From Chiloscyllium plagiosum (taxonomy: Eukaryota), in assembly GCF_004010195.1 (NCBI RefSeq), contig NC_057756.1, positions 4,696,504 through 4,759,367 of the forward strand: a stretch of 62,864 bases of DNA, read 5' to 3'. A model generated the notes under the pieces. That model was not told the origin of the DNA. It saw nothing but the letters and a program-made list of their open reading frames with translations, and ran no database searches. This document shows, in pieces, positions 51,580 through 62,864 of the stretch. Every line of letters starts with the position of its first letter. Positions within the stretch are counted from its first letter, which is position 1. The position numbers and the translations under genes are program-made.

Positions 51580-51930
51580 TGCAGTGGTTCAGTGGTTAGT
51601 ACTGCTGCCTCACAGTGCCAGAGACACTTGTTTGATTCCAGCATTGGTGACTGCCTGTGGGGAGTCTACACATTCTTCCCGTGTGTGCATGGGTTTCCGC
51701 TGGGTGCTGTGGTTTCCTGCCAGAATTCAAAGATGTGCACATTAGTTGGATTGTCCATGATAAGTTGGCCATCGTGTTCAGGGCTGTGCAGGCTAAGCGA
51801 GTGAGACATGAGGAATGGTTGCACTGGTCGGGTATGGGTGTGGGTCTGGGTGGAATGCTCTTTGGAGGGTCGGTATAGATTCAGGTCGAATGGCATGTTT
51901 TCACACAGTAGGGATTATATGATTCTATTC
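51580..51930 (+). mobile_element. Diverged HE1-like V-SINE
   Basis: GTGGTTCAGTGGTTAGTACTGCTGCCTCACAG head, V-domain, CR1-like tail. Confidence 0.85.
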
Positions 51931-52275
51931 TATGAAAATTCTTCAACCCTCTTTTTATCCTCAAACCTTTCATTTAAATCCGTGCCCTCTGCTGAGCAAC
52001 ATGCTAACTCGTGAGAAAGTGCATTCCTATCCACCTTATTAATGCCACTTATGCCATTATATATCTCCCATCGGGTCAACTCAATTTGTATTGTTACAAG
52101 CAAAACAAACTCACCCCGCTTAACCTTATGTCATATCAACAACCTCCATGCTAGGCACCATTCAGATAAATCTCCTTTTGTACATTTTCTGGCACAAACA
52201 CATCCGCTTTGTCATGTGATGATATATGAAATGTGCTTAGTATTTCAGTGCTGACCTAATCAGTGTTGTGTACAT

Positions 52276-52937
52276 TGTTATGGACCTGGCCAAACTCACT
52301 AAAAACATTACAAGAAGGTAGCCCAGTCTCTAGCTTTTCTCGATGTTTTAAGAAGATGCATGGCGGAATTTCTTGCAGTAATGCAGCTGGTCAAACCATT
52401 CAGTTTCAAGGAAAACAATTTTTTTTTGGAGACTGCCAAATTACAGACCACGCAAGCAAACTCGAACAGAATTTACAATAACAATGATTTGAAAACCTGA
52501 CCAACATAATATTGCCCGCAATTTAACAAAGAGCTCTTCCGATTTCCTACATCTTCCCATAAACACACCACTTGGCAAACAGATAAATTCAAACACAGGT
52601 TCGTACAGGGAAGAGAGATTGCAGAGACGATCAACCAGGGATCATTGGCTGAAAAAATTTTCTTTTTTTTCTTCCCAGCAGCTTCTCTGGGTACCCAGCA
52701 ACAATTAAACCAAACTAGAAGGCATTGCGAACCGGGAGAACTGGCAACTCCCCTTTCATTGTACACTTTTTTTGAAGCAAGCCAAAAGGCCCTTTCCCCT
52801 TGTTGCCTTAGACAGTATCTGATAGCGATAATCAAAGCTGTTTATCTCAGACAAATCGGAACCTCTTGCCTTTGACAACCACTGTTGAAACAAATCCAAG
52901 GACAATGTAATCTTGTTAAGGGAAAGGCATCATCACA
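52276..52937 (-). mobile_element. Solo LTR (Gmr1 family A-related)
   Basis: Minus strand TGTGATGATGCC...GTCCATAACA; perfect ACAT TSD (52272-52275 / 52938-52941). Confidence 0.88.
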
Positions 52938-53763
52938 ACATTTCCAACATAATTTCCTAGCTGTTGTATATGACTAAGAAACCTAATTGTCTTACAGCCT
53001 TCTGAACCATATTACCTTTCTGTCCTGCTACCTGCAAAATTCTTTGGACAGATTATCTTCATACCTCTTCAGGGCTCTGTCATTCATAACGTAATCATTT
53101 CAATGACGCTTAAGAATGGGCAACAAATGGTCTCCAGCCATACCCACATCCTAAAAATGAATTTTTAAAGATGATATGTCGAACTTTAACCAAAATGCCC
53201 CCTCACTACATTTCGCTACTTCCTAAACAAACTACATAAATTTAGCATAGAAATGCATGTCGTTTTTCATTTATACACTCAGGTTCATCCAATCAGCTTT
53301 TTTTTTGTCTATTCTTTCTCTCTAAATTTCACACGCCTTCAATGTGAGACTGGTTGTATTGTAAACCTTCTGTTTATCGCTTTCATTTTCCGAACAATGT
53401 GTAAAATTTGTAATGATCCATGCATCAACTATGAATCTCAAATCAAAGGAGGACAGAGAAATTATAGTTGGAAGCTTTGTCATTTCCAAAAGTCATTTCA
53501 TTGCCCACTCACGCAAAACCCAAATGGACTTCATCACTTTTTCTTTGTAACGTGTAACAACGAGTACATGCTTAAAAGGTGCGTATCTAAACTTGTTTAT
53601 TAAGTGACTATAATTAGTGCAATTAACACTGGAGTCTAATTGTGTCCCTGGAGGCTTTACTCCCTCTATTTCTGAAGGTCTCCCTTCAATACATAACCAA
53701 TAATTTCGACTCCAAACCTGCAAGGAATTAGAGAGAGGAAATATTGATTTCAATGGCACAGCA

Positions 53764-54025
53764 ATGGCGCAAAGATTGGGGATAGATTGGGATGTCACAA
53801 CAATTGCTAGACTACTAGAAGCAACAGATTGGACTATCGTAGAAAGTAATAAGAATCCGATTAAAGCTGATTGGAATGTGACAACAATGAACAGAAGTTT
53901 CGGCATGGCACTTTACCATCTTACTATCAGCTACAATGAACCACCTTTAAAAAATCGAATTAAATATGTGCTTCGGGTTGTTCAAGCCATTTACTATCCC
54001 ATCCTTGCTATCGTTGGTGTCACTG
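53764..54025 (+). pseudogene. GPR139-like paralog B, exon 1 (87 codons + 1 nt)
   Basis: ...QAIYYPILAIVGVT plus G, then GTGAGT donor; same intron position and phase as paralog A. Confidence 0.85.
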
Positions 54026-54222
54026 GTGAGTGTCTGTGTCCACCTAGATAGACTCCAAGCCATGCTTACCTAATGTTATAATCCTTGTCAGGTTACAATA
54101 AACATTCCCAGCAATTTTCTTCAGTTCCTCGCAAAAGTGCCCTTCTTTTTGTCTTTCCAAACCTTCAGCCTTAAGGAGGCGGTTCAAAACTTTGGAGAAG
54201 CTTTGCTGCTACAATGGTTTCC

Positions 54223-54538
54223 CGGCACGGTGGCACAGTGGTTAGCACTGCTGCCTCACAGCGCCAGAGACCCGGGTTCAATTCCCGCCTCAGGCGACTG
54301 AATGTGGGGAGTTTGCACATTCTCCCCGTGTCTGCGTGGGTTTCCTCCGGGTGCTCCGGTTTCCTCCCACAGTCCAAAAATGTGCAGGTTAGGTGAATTG
54401 GCCATGCTAAATTGTCTGTAGTGTTAGGTGCAGGGGTGACTGTAGGGGAATGGGTCTGGGTGGGTGCGCTTCGGCGGGTCGGTGTGGACTTATTGGGCCG
54501 AAGGGCCTGTTACCACACTGTAAGTAATCTAATCTAAT
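54223..54538 (+). mobile_element. Young HE1-like V-SINE
   Basis: Intact A/B boxes (GGTGGCACAGTGG; GGTTCAATTCC), V-domain and (AATCT)n tail. Confidence 0.95.
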
Positions 54539-55209
54539 TCTCTTGTTCATCAATCTTGCCGACCGGCACCTTCAAAATTTTGTTGGAAAATCTCAGCAGA
54601 TCTGGCAGCACCTGTAAGGAGAGAAAAGAGCTGAGTTTCGAGTTTCGAGTCTAACTGACCCTTTGTCAAAAGCAGTTACATCATGATTACATTGTTGTAA
54701 ATCTGTCTGGGGCACTCTTCTCGTTAGAAGTCTTCATAAAGTTCTGCCCATCGAAACTTGTGATTCCCAAGCCCACCTTAAGCCAAATAGGATTCTTTGA
54801 AGCATCAAATTTAGGTTCATGAACGTACCTTGGCACTTGTCTGGCAAATGATACAATGAAACTATTCACATTCCTGTGATTGGATCCGTTCACAACCGCA
54901 ACAGTTCTGGAGTCACTGGTCTCAAAACGGTAACGCTGTTTCTCTCACCACATATGCTGCCAGATTTGTTTTATTTCTCCAGTAATGTATGTTTTGTCTC
55001 GGATCGCAGGCGTTCACAATTCTTTGTTTTACTGATTATGAGCACAATAGTTCAAGTGCTGCCCAATTAACAAATGAACGGGAGCTAAATTGAAGTAAAT
55101 AGGGAGGACAAGTACATGGTCTCTGAACTGCTCAGCTGGTTTGCCAATACGATTCCAATACCTGCACATAGCAGAAGAGCAAAATCGGAGGTGAATTCCA
55201 CTGAGAATA

Positions 55210-55556
55210 AAGGTTTTACAAGATAATCAGAGGGTTAGATAGGGTGGACAGGGAGAGCCTTTTTCCAAGAATGGGGACGGCAAACACGAGGGGACACAAC
55301 TTTAAAGTGAGGGGAGATAGATATAAGACAGATGTCAGAGGTAGTTTCTTTACTCAGAGACTAGTAAGGGTATGGAATGCTTTGCTTGCATCGGTAGTAG
55401 ATTCGCCAAGTTTAAGTGCACTTAAGTCGTCATTGGACAGGCAAACTGTACATGGAATAGTGTAGATGGAATGGGCTTCAGATTAAGTATGACAGGGCGG
55501 CGCAACATCGAGGGCCGAAGGCCCTGTACTGCGCTGTAATGTTCTATGTTCTATGT
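55210..55556 (+). mobile_element. CR1 3'-end fragment
   Basis: TRGHNFKVRG...FFTQRLVRVWNAL and (TTCTATG)n tail. Confidence 0.9.
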
Positions 55557-56914
55557 TTTCATTGTGTTAGTTCTTCACATGCAAAGGCTGAAGTAGAAAG
55601 ATTCTCGAGCAGCAGGGGAATCTGCTGCAAAACCAAAAACCCAAATGGACTTCACAACTTCGTTTTTTTGTAATGTGTAATAAAGAGTACATGCTTAAAA
55701 GATTCCAGGAAAGGACAAGAAATTGGACGTTAGAAAAATGGGATCAGCTATCATACCAGTTAATGGGAGAACAGGCTCCATATTTCCAACAAGCTAGTCT
55801 TGTTCCCACTTCTTATTGGTTGATGGTCTCACATGATTTTTGTCAGTTTTGCGGGAATCCCAATCACGTGGGAGTAGTGGTTAAGCAGATTAAGTACTTT
55901 TATGTGGGAACAAAGTGATCCGACTTGCTTGCATTAGGTGAGTACCCAGTCTCTCTGATAAGAAGAAATTAGATTAAGAACGCATGGTTAAAACGAGCTA
56001 AATTATGAACAAACACGCCTAGCTGTAATTATTGGTAGCAGTAGAACGTTTTCATAATTACGAATAATGTAAGAAATCTGTGGCTAATGTCAGTTAATTC
56101 AAATACACACATGAATTTGGCAGATTTACTGAACATTTCTCATTTGCTGATGTAGCAGTAAAGATGGCAGGCAATAGGCAAGTATCACTTTCCTACAAAC
56201 TGCCAAACCTTGGCATACATCCTCTGAAATTCCAGTCGGGATGTTAGCTTTTCTGATGATGGCTTCGCCCTTTTAATGCGCTTCAGTTTTGTAATTCTTG
56301 CTATGCTTTCCCATCAATGCCATTTGTCAATTAGTGTTCCTTAGTTTGCATTAGGCAATGGTCTAATCTTTCCACATTACACAAGAGCATACCGATATAA
56401 TGCTGCCATTGCTGCTCTGATACATTATTGCAGCATTTGGTCCTCCTTATTCAAAGGCCAATCTTTGCACTCTTTACACATTTTCAATCTCAATTTAGTT
56501 GAGCATTTAGGGAAGCGATCTCATTTCAGAGGGACGACGGGGGATGATTTAACCTGAGGATCACTACGTCTCAGACTAGGGAAAAGGTCGAGAAAAGAGA
56601 GTGCTCCACCATAACCTCAGAGACTGTGGGAATTGAACACATGTCATTGACGGTAATATACTAGAGCATTGCCTTCCCTCATATTTTTATTTTCCAAAAC
56701 ATTAACTAATTTAGCAGGATTCTCTGTAACAGAGTAATGGGTGTCTCTACGTCTGAGCCCCAGATTGAAATCTCACGTGCTTCAGTGTTGCATCATAACC
56801 ATCCATTATGGCAAGTATTTCAACTGAGTATCATTAACACACCTTTAAAAAATGGGGGCTCTGCTTATTAGAAATTCTGTCCAGCAGAACTAATAGAGAC
56901 AATACTACCTTTAT

Positions 56915-57456
56915 TGCATTTTGGGTCTCCCTGCTATAAGAATGATGTTGTGAAACGTGAAAGGGTTCAGAAATGATTTACAAGGATATTGCCAGGGTTG
57001 GAGATTTTGAGCTAAAGGGTGGGGCTAAATATGCCGAGACATTTTCCCTGGAATATCGAGCACCTGAGGGGTGACCTTTTTCGAAGTTTCTAAAATCTTG
57101 AGTGGCATCGATCAGGTGAATAAGCAAAGTTTTTTTTCCCCTAGGGGAGGGAAGTCCAAAACGAGAGGTCCAAATGGTGAGAGGGGAAAGATAGAAAAGG
57201 GACCTAAGGAACAACATTTTAAAACAGACGAAGGTGCATGAATGGAGCAAACTGCTGAAGGAACTGGTGGAGGCTAGTACAATTACAACATTTAAAAGGC
57301 ATCTTGGTGGGTACATGTATAGGACAGATTTAAAGAGAGTGTGGCCAAATGCTTGCAAATGGGACTAGATTAATTTAAGATATCTTGTCAGCTTGGATGA
57401 GTTTGCCAAAGGTTCTGTTTCTGTGCTGTGCAACTTCATGGCTCTATGACTCTATG
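56915..57456 (+). mobile_element. CR1 3'-end fragment
   Basis: Homologous to 24125-24655. Confidence 0.85.
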
Positions 57457-57539
57457 AATTCTTCCTGAGACAAAATGGAGGCTTTGCTCCCAGGCTTCTG
57501 CATAATCTCAAGGTTTTTTTATCCCCTTCTTCTTTACAG

Positions 57540-58433
57540 TTAACGTTGTGACGATTGTCATCCTGTGTCAGGGAAAGTGCTGTCTCTCCACATGGTGTTC
57601 TCGTTACCTGGTGGCCATGTCAGCGGCAGATTTACTCGCTATTATCCTAGATATGATACTGAGACATATTCCAATTGTTTTTAAAAGACAGTTTATTTTC
57701 CTAAAGTTTGTGCCTGTGTGTAATATCCACACTGTCCTGCTATATACAGCTATTGATTGTTCTGTATGGTTCACTGTTGCTTTCACCTTTGATCGATTTG
57801 TAGTGCTTTGTTGCAGCAAGCTGAAAATTCAATACTGTACAGAGAGAACAGCGGTTGTAATCTTAGGATCACTGACACTTTTGAGTGGTTTGAAGAATAT
57901 TTTCTGGTATTTTATGTTTACAGGTTTGTATCGGCTTCATAAAGAGCCCTGGTTTTGTTGTGCATCAATAGGTGTTCAGTTCACTTTGGTCTGGGGCTCA
58001 ATCGAATTCGTCCATTTTATCCTAACCCCAATTATCCCATTTGTCCTTATTCTGCTGCTAAACGCTTTCACATTTTAATGGACAACAATGTTCGTAAGAG
58101 ACTCTGGACACACACACACACACACACATAGGCAGCGTCAGAGACTCACAGATAGAGAGCAGAAAAAGATCCATAGTTTTATTGTTTTTTATATCTGCTA
58201 ATTTTATCCTATTGTGGTCACCGTTTTTGATTTCTACATTATGGACGTGCTTGCAGTTGTTGGATTAGGCTGTATGGATAAATCGTTTTTGGCGAGATAT
58301 TGGCTTCATGCTGCAGCTTCTGAGCTGTTGCACAAACACTTGCATTTATGCTGTCACACAGAAAAAATTTAGACCGCAGTTGAAGAATAGTTTTAGATTA
58401 GTGTTTACTCCAGAAGTCCAACCTATTCAATGA
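57540..58433 (+). pseudogene. GPR139-like paralog B, exon 2, disrupted
   Basis: TTTACAG acceptor; YLVAMSAADL, VAFTFDRF. Frameshifting deletion after TM5 (TAA 58076-58078), (CA)n in ICL3, in-frame TAG 58266-58268, then GFMLQLLSCCTNTCIYAVTQKKFR to TGA 58431-58433. Confidence 0.9.
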
Positions 58434-59244
58434 TAGAATGTATTGAATCATTGAGCATACCGAGCATTTTCTGATTGCACTTAACATTGGCTTTGCTACA
58501 CAGTCATCTCGAGATTTTTATTCGTTAAAATGTCATGAAATGTTCACGAACGTGGCTGGTTAGTGGGGTGTAAGATCTGATCCCCACTGTAGTTGAAGAA
58601 AGAAACTAATACACTCGTACCATGATGATAAGAGCAAACACATGTCGCACATGGTTATTAAACAGTGAAACAAACTTTACTTTGCAAGATAACAGAGATA
58701 CAAACCTAGTCCTGGTGCCCATTACTACTGTCAAGGGACATGATTGTTCTGCAAGATATCTGATGGGAGAGAATCCCGAGAGCCCATGTTAAGACGAGAA
58801 TGCCGTTATGGCCTTTTGCACATGGCTAGATGTAAGAGAGCGATAGGCTCTTCCCCAAAATGAGTAAAAGTAACAGTTATAGAGTCATAAACATGTACAG
58901 CACGGAAACAGACCCTTTGGTCTAACTCGACCGTGCCAGCTTCTGTGAATTAGTATGCAGGAGAATTGGAGGCAGGATATGTTCCCTCTGGTACTTGGGG
59001 AGTTTTGGGATGGTCTGATCACATTGTCTTTCAGGAGCTGTGTTTGCGTAGTGATTGAAGGATTAGGTTCACAGGCTTAATGGCAGACTAGGAATTCTAT
59101 CCATCTACTTCCTTGTTGAGGATTTGGGGAATGCTGTATTCCTCATGATATTGCAGATGCTTCACGTTTCTATCCCCATGGTGTATGGGTGTGAGAATGG
59201 GGACAATTCTCAAGCTACTGATCCATTGCAGTTGTCTGCCAGTC

Positions 59245-60402
59245 GATGCCTTAAGAGCAGAAGACCAGAAGGCAGAAGAGCAGAAATTAGCCACATCGCT
59301 TCTGCTCTGCCATTCAACCATGGCTCAGAAGGTTTTCAAATCCATTCTCCCACTTTCTCCCCATAACCTGTGATCCCCCTGATACTCAAAAATCCACCCA
59401 ACTCAGTCTTAAATATACTCAATGACTTAGCCTCCACAGACATTCGTGGCAATGAATTCCATCGATTCACCATTCTCTGGTTGAAGAAGTTTTTCCTTAT
59501 CTCCATTCTAAAAGGCCTTCCCTTTATTGCGGCTATCTCAAGCATGACATCTCCTTGATGAATATTAGACGTTGCCCTATTTTACCATACACTTCCAAGT
59601 ATGCAGAAATAACATCCCTCACGACAGATTCCAGAATTTTACCATGACCAAAGTTAGGCTAATCAGTCTGTAATGTTTCTGTCTTTTGCCTTGCTCCCTT
59701 TTTAAATGGGGGTGTCACTTTGGCGATTTTCCAGACCTCTGGCACATTCCCTGATTCGAGTGATTTCTGAAAGACCACCATAAATGCCTCCACTATCTCT
59801 TCAGCTATCTCCCTTAGAACTTTGAGGCATAGTCCATCTTGTCCATTACTTATCCACTTTCAAACCATTGGTTTTCCTAGTACCTTCTCCTTAGTGAGGG
59901 CCACTGTACTCAGCCTGCCCTCTCACTCGCTTTAGTTTTTAGGATATTACTCATGTTTTCCTTTGTGAAGACTGACAGGAAGTAATCATTCAGTTCCCCA
60001 GCCATTTCCTTGTTCCCCACGCCTATCTTTCTAGCGTCATTTTCCAGTGATCTAACGTCTACTTTTGCCTCTCTTTTGCTCTTTATATATCAATAGGAAC
60101 TCTTATAGTTGTCCTTTATATTACTGGCTAGCTTACCCTCGTATTTAATCTTCTCCCTTATTTTTGTTATTGTTGCCCTCTGTTAGTCTTCGTAAACTTC
60201 CCAATCCTTTGGTTTCCCATTGCCCTTCGCCGCATTATTTGCTTTCTATTTTGCTTTTATGCTATTCTTGACTGCCCTAGTTAGCCATAGTAGGCTCACC
60301 CTCCTTGTACCATGCTTCTTTTTGCCTCAGGATGAATCTCTGCAGTGTCTCCAGAATTACTCCCAGAAACTCCTCCCATTGCTGTTCCACTGTCTTTCCT
60401 GC
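59245..60402 (-). mobile_element. Decayed CR1 LINE with internal deletion
   Basis: Minus ORF RKNFFNQRMVNRWNSLP and the RT/tether region; interrupted at 60403 by Tx1. Confidence 0.85.
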
Positions 60403-60611
60403 TTGGAGTGCTGCAGGTTCGACGCAGCAGATGTGTGCTGGCGGGGTAGAAGCCACGGGGATCGTGTTGCGAGTCGTCAGAGCTGCTGGAGACCATCGCC
60501 GGATCGTGGTTGGACGTTGGAGGATCGTTTGGTTATGCTGACCTGCTCCTGGTGGATCTTTATGCTGGCTTTGGCCTAATGCCAATTCAGGTACCAGCCA
60601 ACCTCAGAGCT

Positions 60612-62043
60612 ATGGCCTCAGCAGCCGCTCGCAGCCCTGACCAGGGTGACTGTGAGGAAGGTGGAGAAGCACACACCAGTCAATCGGCCGGTGTTCGCGA
60701 AGAAGATTTTGCTGGAGTGCTGTGGGTCTGAAGCAGCGGAAGTATATTGCCTGCAGGGTTTCCCTGCAGCAAGCTATTTTGACGTGACCTTCAGGAGCGT
60801 GAAGAATTGCGATCAGTTCCTGAAGGTCTTCAAGGAGAAGGAAGGGGAGCCTCTGTTCTCCATCTTGTTGGTGGTCCAGTTGTGTGTGCTTCCTGCGCAG
60901 AAGGGTCAGATTGTAACAATCCAGATGTACAACCCTCACGTCCCAGCTGCAGATGTCCTGACCTTCTTGAGGAGATACGTCCAGGTCGAGGGAGAGAGTA
61001 CCGATGTGGTCGATCCTTTTGGGATCTGGACCAGCAAAAGACAGGTCAGGGTAACCCTGAGGGTCGATGCCAGTGGGAACATCCTCCACCCACCCTCCAG
61101 CTTTGCCATCGGAGGAAGCAGGGATTACCTGACATACGCAGGGCAGCCGAAAGTTTGCCAAACATGCGGGAGGTCAGGCCACATGGCGGCGGATTGTAAG
61201 GTGACCGTCTGCCGAAACTGCAAGCAAGAAGGCTACCTGACCAAGGAATGTAAGGAGGCCAAGAACTGTAATCTGTGCGGAGAGGCAGGCCACATATACA
61301 AGGCCTGCCCAAGACGAGGGGCCGCCACCTACGCACAGATGGCCGGAGGTGGCAACTCGAGCTGTGGACCGCCTAAGACCACGGGAACTGTGTCTGGAGG
61401 CACCCAGAAGGAAGGGCAGGCTGTTGCGGAGCAGACGGCAGACAGCGGGGAGATGCAGCAGCTGATCCAAGCTCCTTCAAGACACACGGAGGAAATGGAA
61501 AAGGAGGGATCAAAGGAGGCAGAGGATTGGATTACTGTCAAAAGCAGGAAGAGGAAACCTCTCAATGCCCCCAAAGCCTCCCAGCGAAGGGGGAAGCGAC
61601 ACATACACGACGAGGATACAGGCAGCTCTTCCGACAGTGAGGACGGGCGCAAGGAGGGTTGTCACCAGAGGAAGAGACAGAGCGCCATGGGGAAAAAGGA
61701 GGGCAGCACCGCCCAAACAGGGAAAGACGATCCCTCTGAGGGGATGGGTAAAGGCATCCCCCCACCCGGTGAGAACCAAGAGGTACCCACCGGCCCACAG
61801 CTTCAGGTAACTGAGAGCAGTGGTCCTGTGACAGTCCCGCTGTCAGATGGAGAACTGGACGGTGCGGACCCTGGGCCCGACCCGAAGACACCGTTGCGGG
61901 GAAATGGCTCCATCGTGGAGCCGGACAGCTACCTCAGCCCTGGGGGGGTCCAGCAGTTTGCCATCACCACGGGGATGCACACAGCTACCCCAGAGGGGCA
62001 AGACCAGCAGCAAATGGGCACTGTTAACCTCGTAAACTGTTAA
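60612..62043 (+). pseudogene. Tx1 ORF1 (ZCCHC3-like nucleic-acid-binding protein), frameshifted near the start
   Basis: ATG 60612 (MASAAARSPDQG) is out of frame with the 465-codon open frame 60646-62043. Knuckles CQTCGRSGHMAADC, CRNCKQEGYLTKEC, CNLCGEAGHIYKAC. Confidence 0.85.
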
Positions 62044-62044
62044 A

Positions 62045-62864
62045 ATGGGGTTAAAAATTGCCAGCATCAATGTGCGTAGCATCAAATCGGCTACGCGATG
62101 TGTTTCTATGATGGCCTTCCTGGCCAACGTTAAAGCCGACGTCCTGTTTCTGCAGGAGTGTGAGATACCGCACCTCAGCAGCAACAGGAGATGGTTGAGC
62201 TTGTGGGCCCATGGACCATCAGTTTGGTTGGGGGGCAATGATAGCCACGCCTCCAGCCTAGGTATCCTGTTGTGAGGAGGCAACTTCACCATCTCTGAGG
62301 TTAAGGAGGTGGTGGGCGGGCGCCTCCTCGTCCCCAACGTCATGTACAGGAATGCTCCCCTGAGACTGATTAATGTGTACGCCCCAGTTGGTAAGAGTGA
62401 ACGGTTGGTTGTCCTGCAGCAGCTTCCACTGTTGCTGGCTACATCCAGGCCAGTCATTCTGGCCGGAGACTTCAACTGTATCATTGATGCAGATGGACGA
62501 TCCAGCGGGGGGGACAGTAAACTGGATGCCACGTCCAGAGCCCTGATGGAAACGGTCAAAGATGCCAAGCTGCACGACGTCTTCAGCACCCGTGCAGATG
62601 GAGCGCACCGTCGATACTCCTGGTCACGGGCAGACAGGTAGATTACCTGTTTGTGTCCTGAACGCTCTCGGTCAGATCCACTGACGTCAAGCCGGTGTTC
62701 TTCTCTGACCACTGCCTCCTGCTGGCCGACTGTCACCTACAGGATGAGCAGCGGGCTGGTAAGGGAACGTGGAAGTGGAACACAAAGCTGTTGACCCCGG
62801 GAAACATTAAGGAGCTCAAGAGGGACTACGCAGGTTGGAGAACCGTGAAGCCCCTCTTTGAGTC
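62045..62864 (+). pseudogene. Tx1 ORF2 endonuclease domain, disrupted
   Basis: IASINVR, LQEC, NVYAP, GDFN, SDH motifs; TGA at 62273-62275 and a deletion near 62637. Confidence 0.9.

Larger units (their letters stand above)
60403..62864 (+). mobile_element. Tx1/L1-clade LINE 5' portion (runs off window)
   Basis: GC-rich 5' UTR, gag-like ORF1 with three CCHC knuckles, and ORF2 APE endonuclease starting 2 nt after the ORF1 stop. Confidence 0.92.

Noticed and set aside
60646..62043. Host ZCCHC3 gene
   Set aside because: It is directly followed by a LINE endonuclease ORF2 and inserted in a CR1, so it is a Tx1 ORF1.
61843..62736. 297-aa antisense ORF and other overlapping ORFs in Tx1/CR1
   Set aside because: Shadow ORFs of GC-rich retroelement coding sequence.

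Overview
This is eukaryotic, repeat-rich vertebrate genomic DNA, most likely a shark or other cartilaginous fish (inferred from HE1/V-SINEs, CR1/HER1-type LINEs, Deu-type SINE relics and GPR139-like receptors). Most of the window is nested transposon debris: two decayed Gmr1-like Gypsy LTR elements (integrase before RT), several solo LTRs with 4-bp TSDs, and CR1, Rex1/Babar and Tx1 LINEs. It also holds Tigger-like MITEs and at least two Penelope-like (PLE) families whose terminal repeats carry minimal hammerhead ribozymes and form long hairpins. Two host genes are visible, both two-exon GPR139/GPR142-like class A GPCRs on the + strand. One is intact (exons 32003-32072 and 33932-34848, 328 aa); the other is a pseudogene (53764-54025 and 57540-58433) with a repeat-extended N-terminus. 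The most unusual structures are a ~2.7 kb block of older genomic DNA lodged inside a PLE, hammerhead-bearing PLE hairpins, and a recent 499-bp templated duplication inside an old Gmr1 element. No prokaryote-type system (CRISPR, operon) is present. All alignments were done by eye, and boundaries of degraded repeats are approximate.
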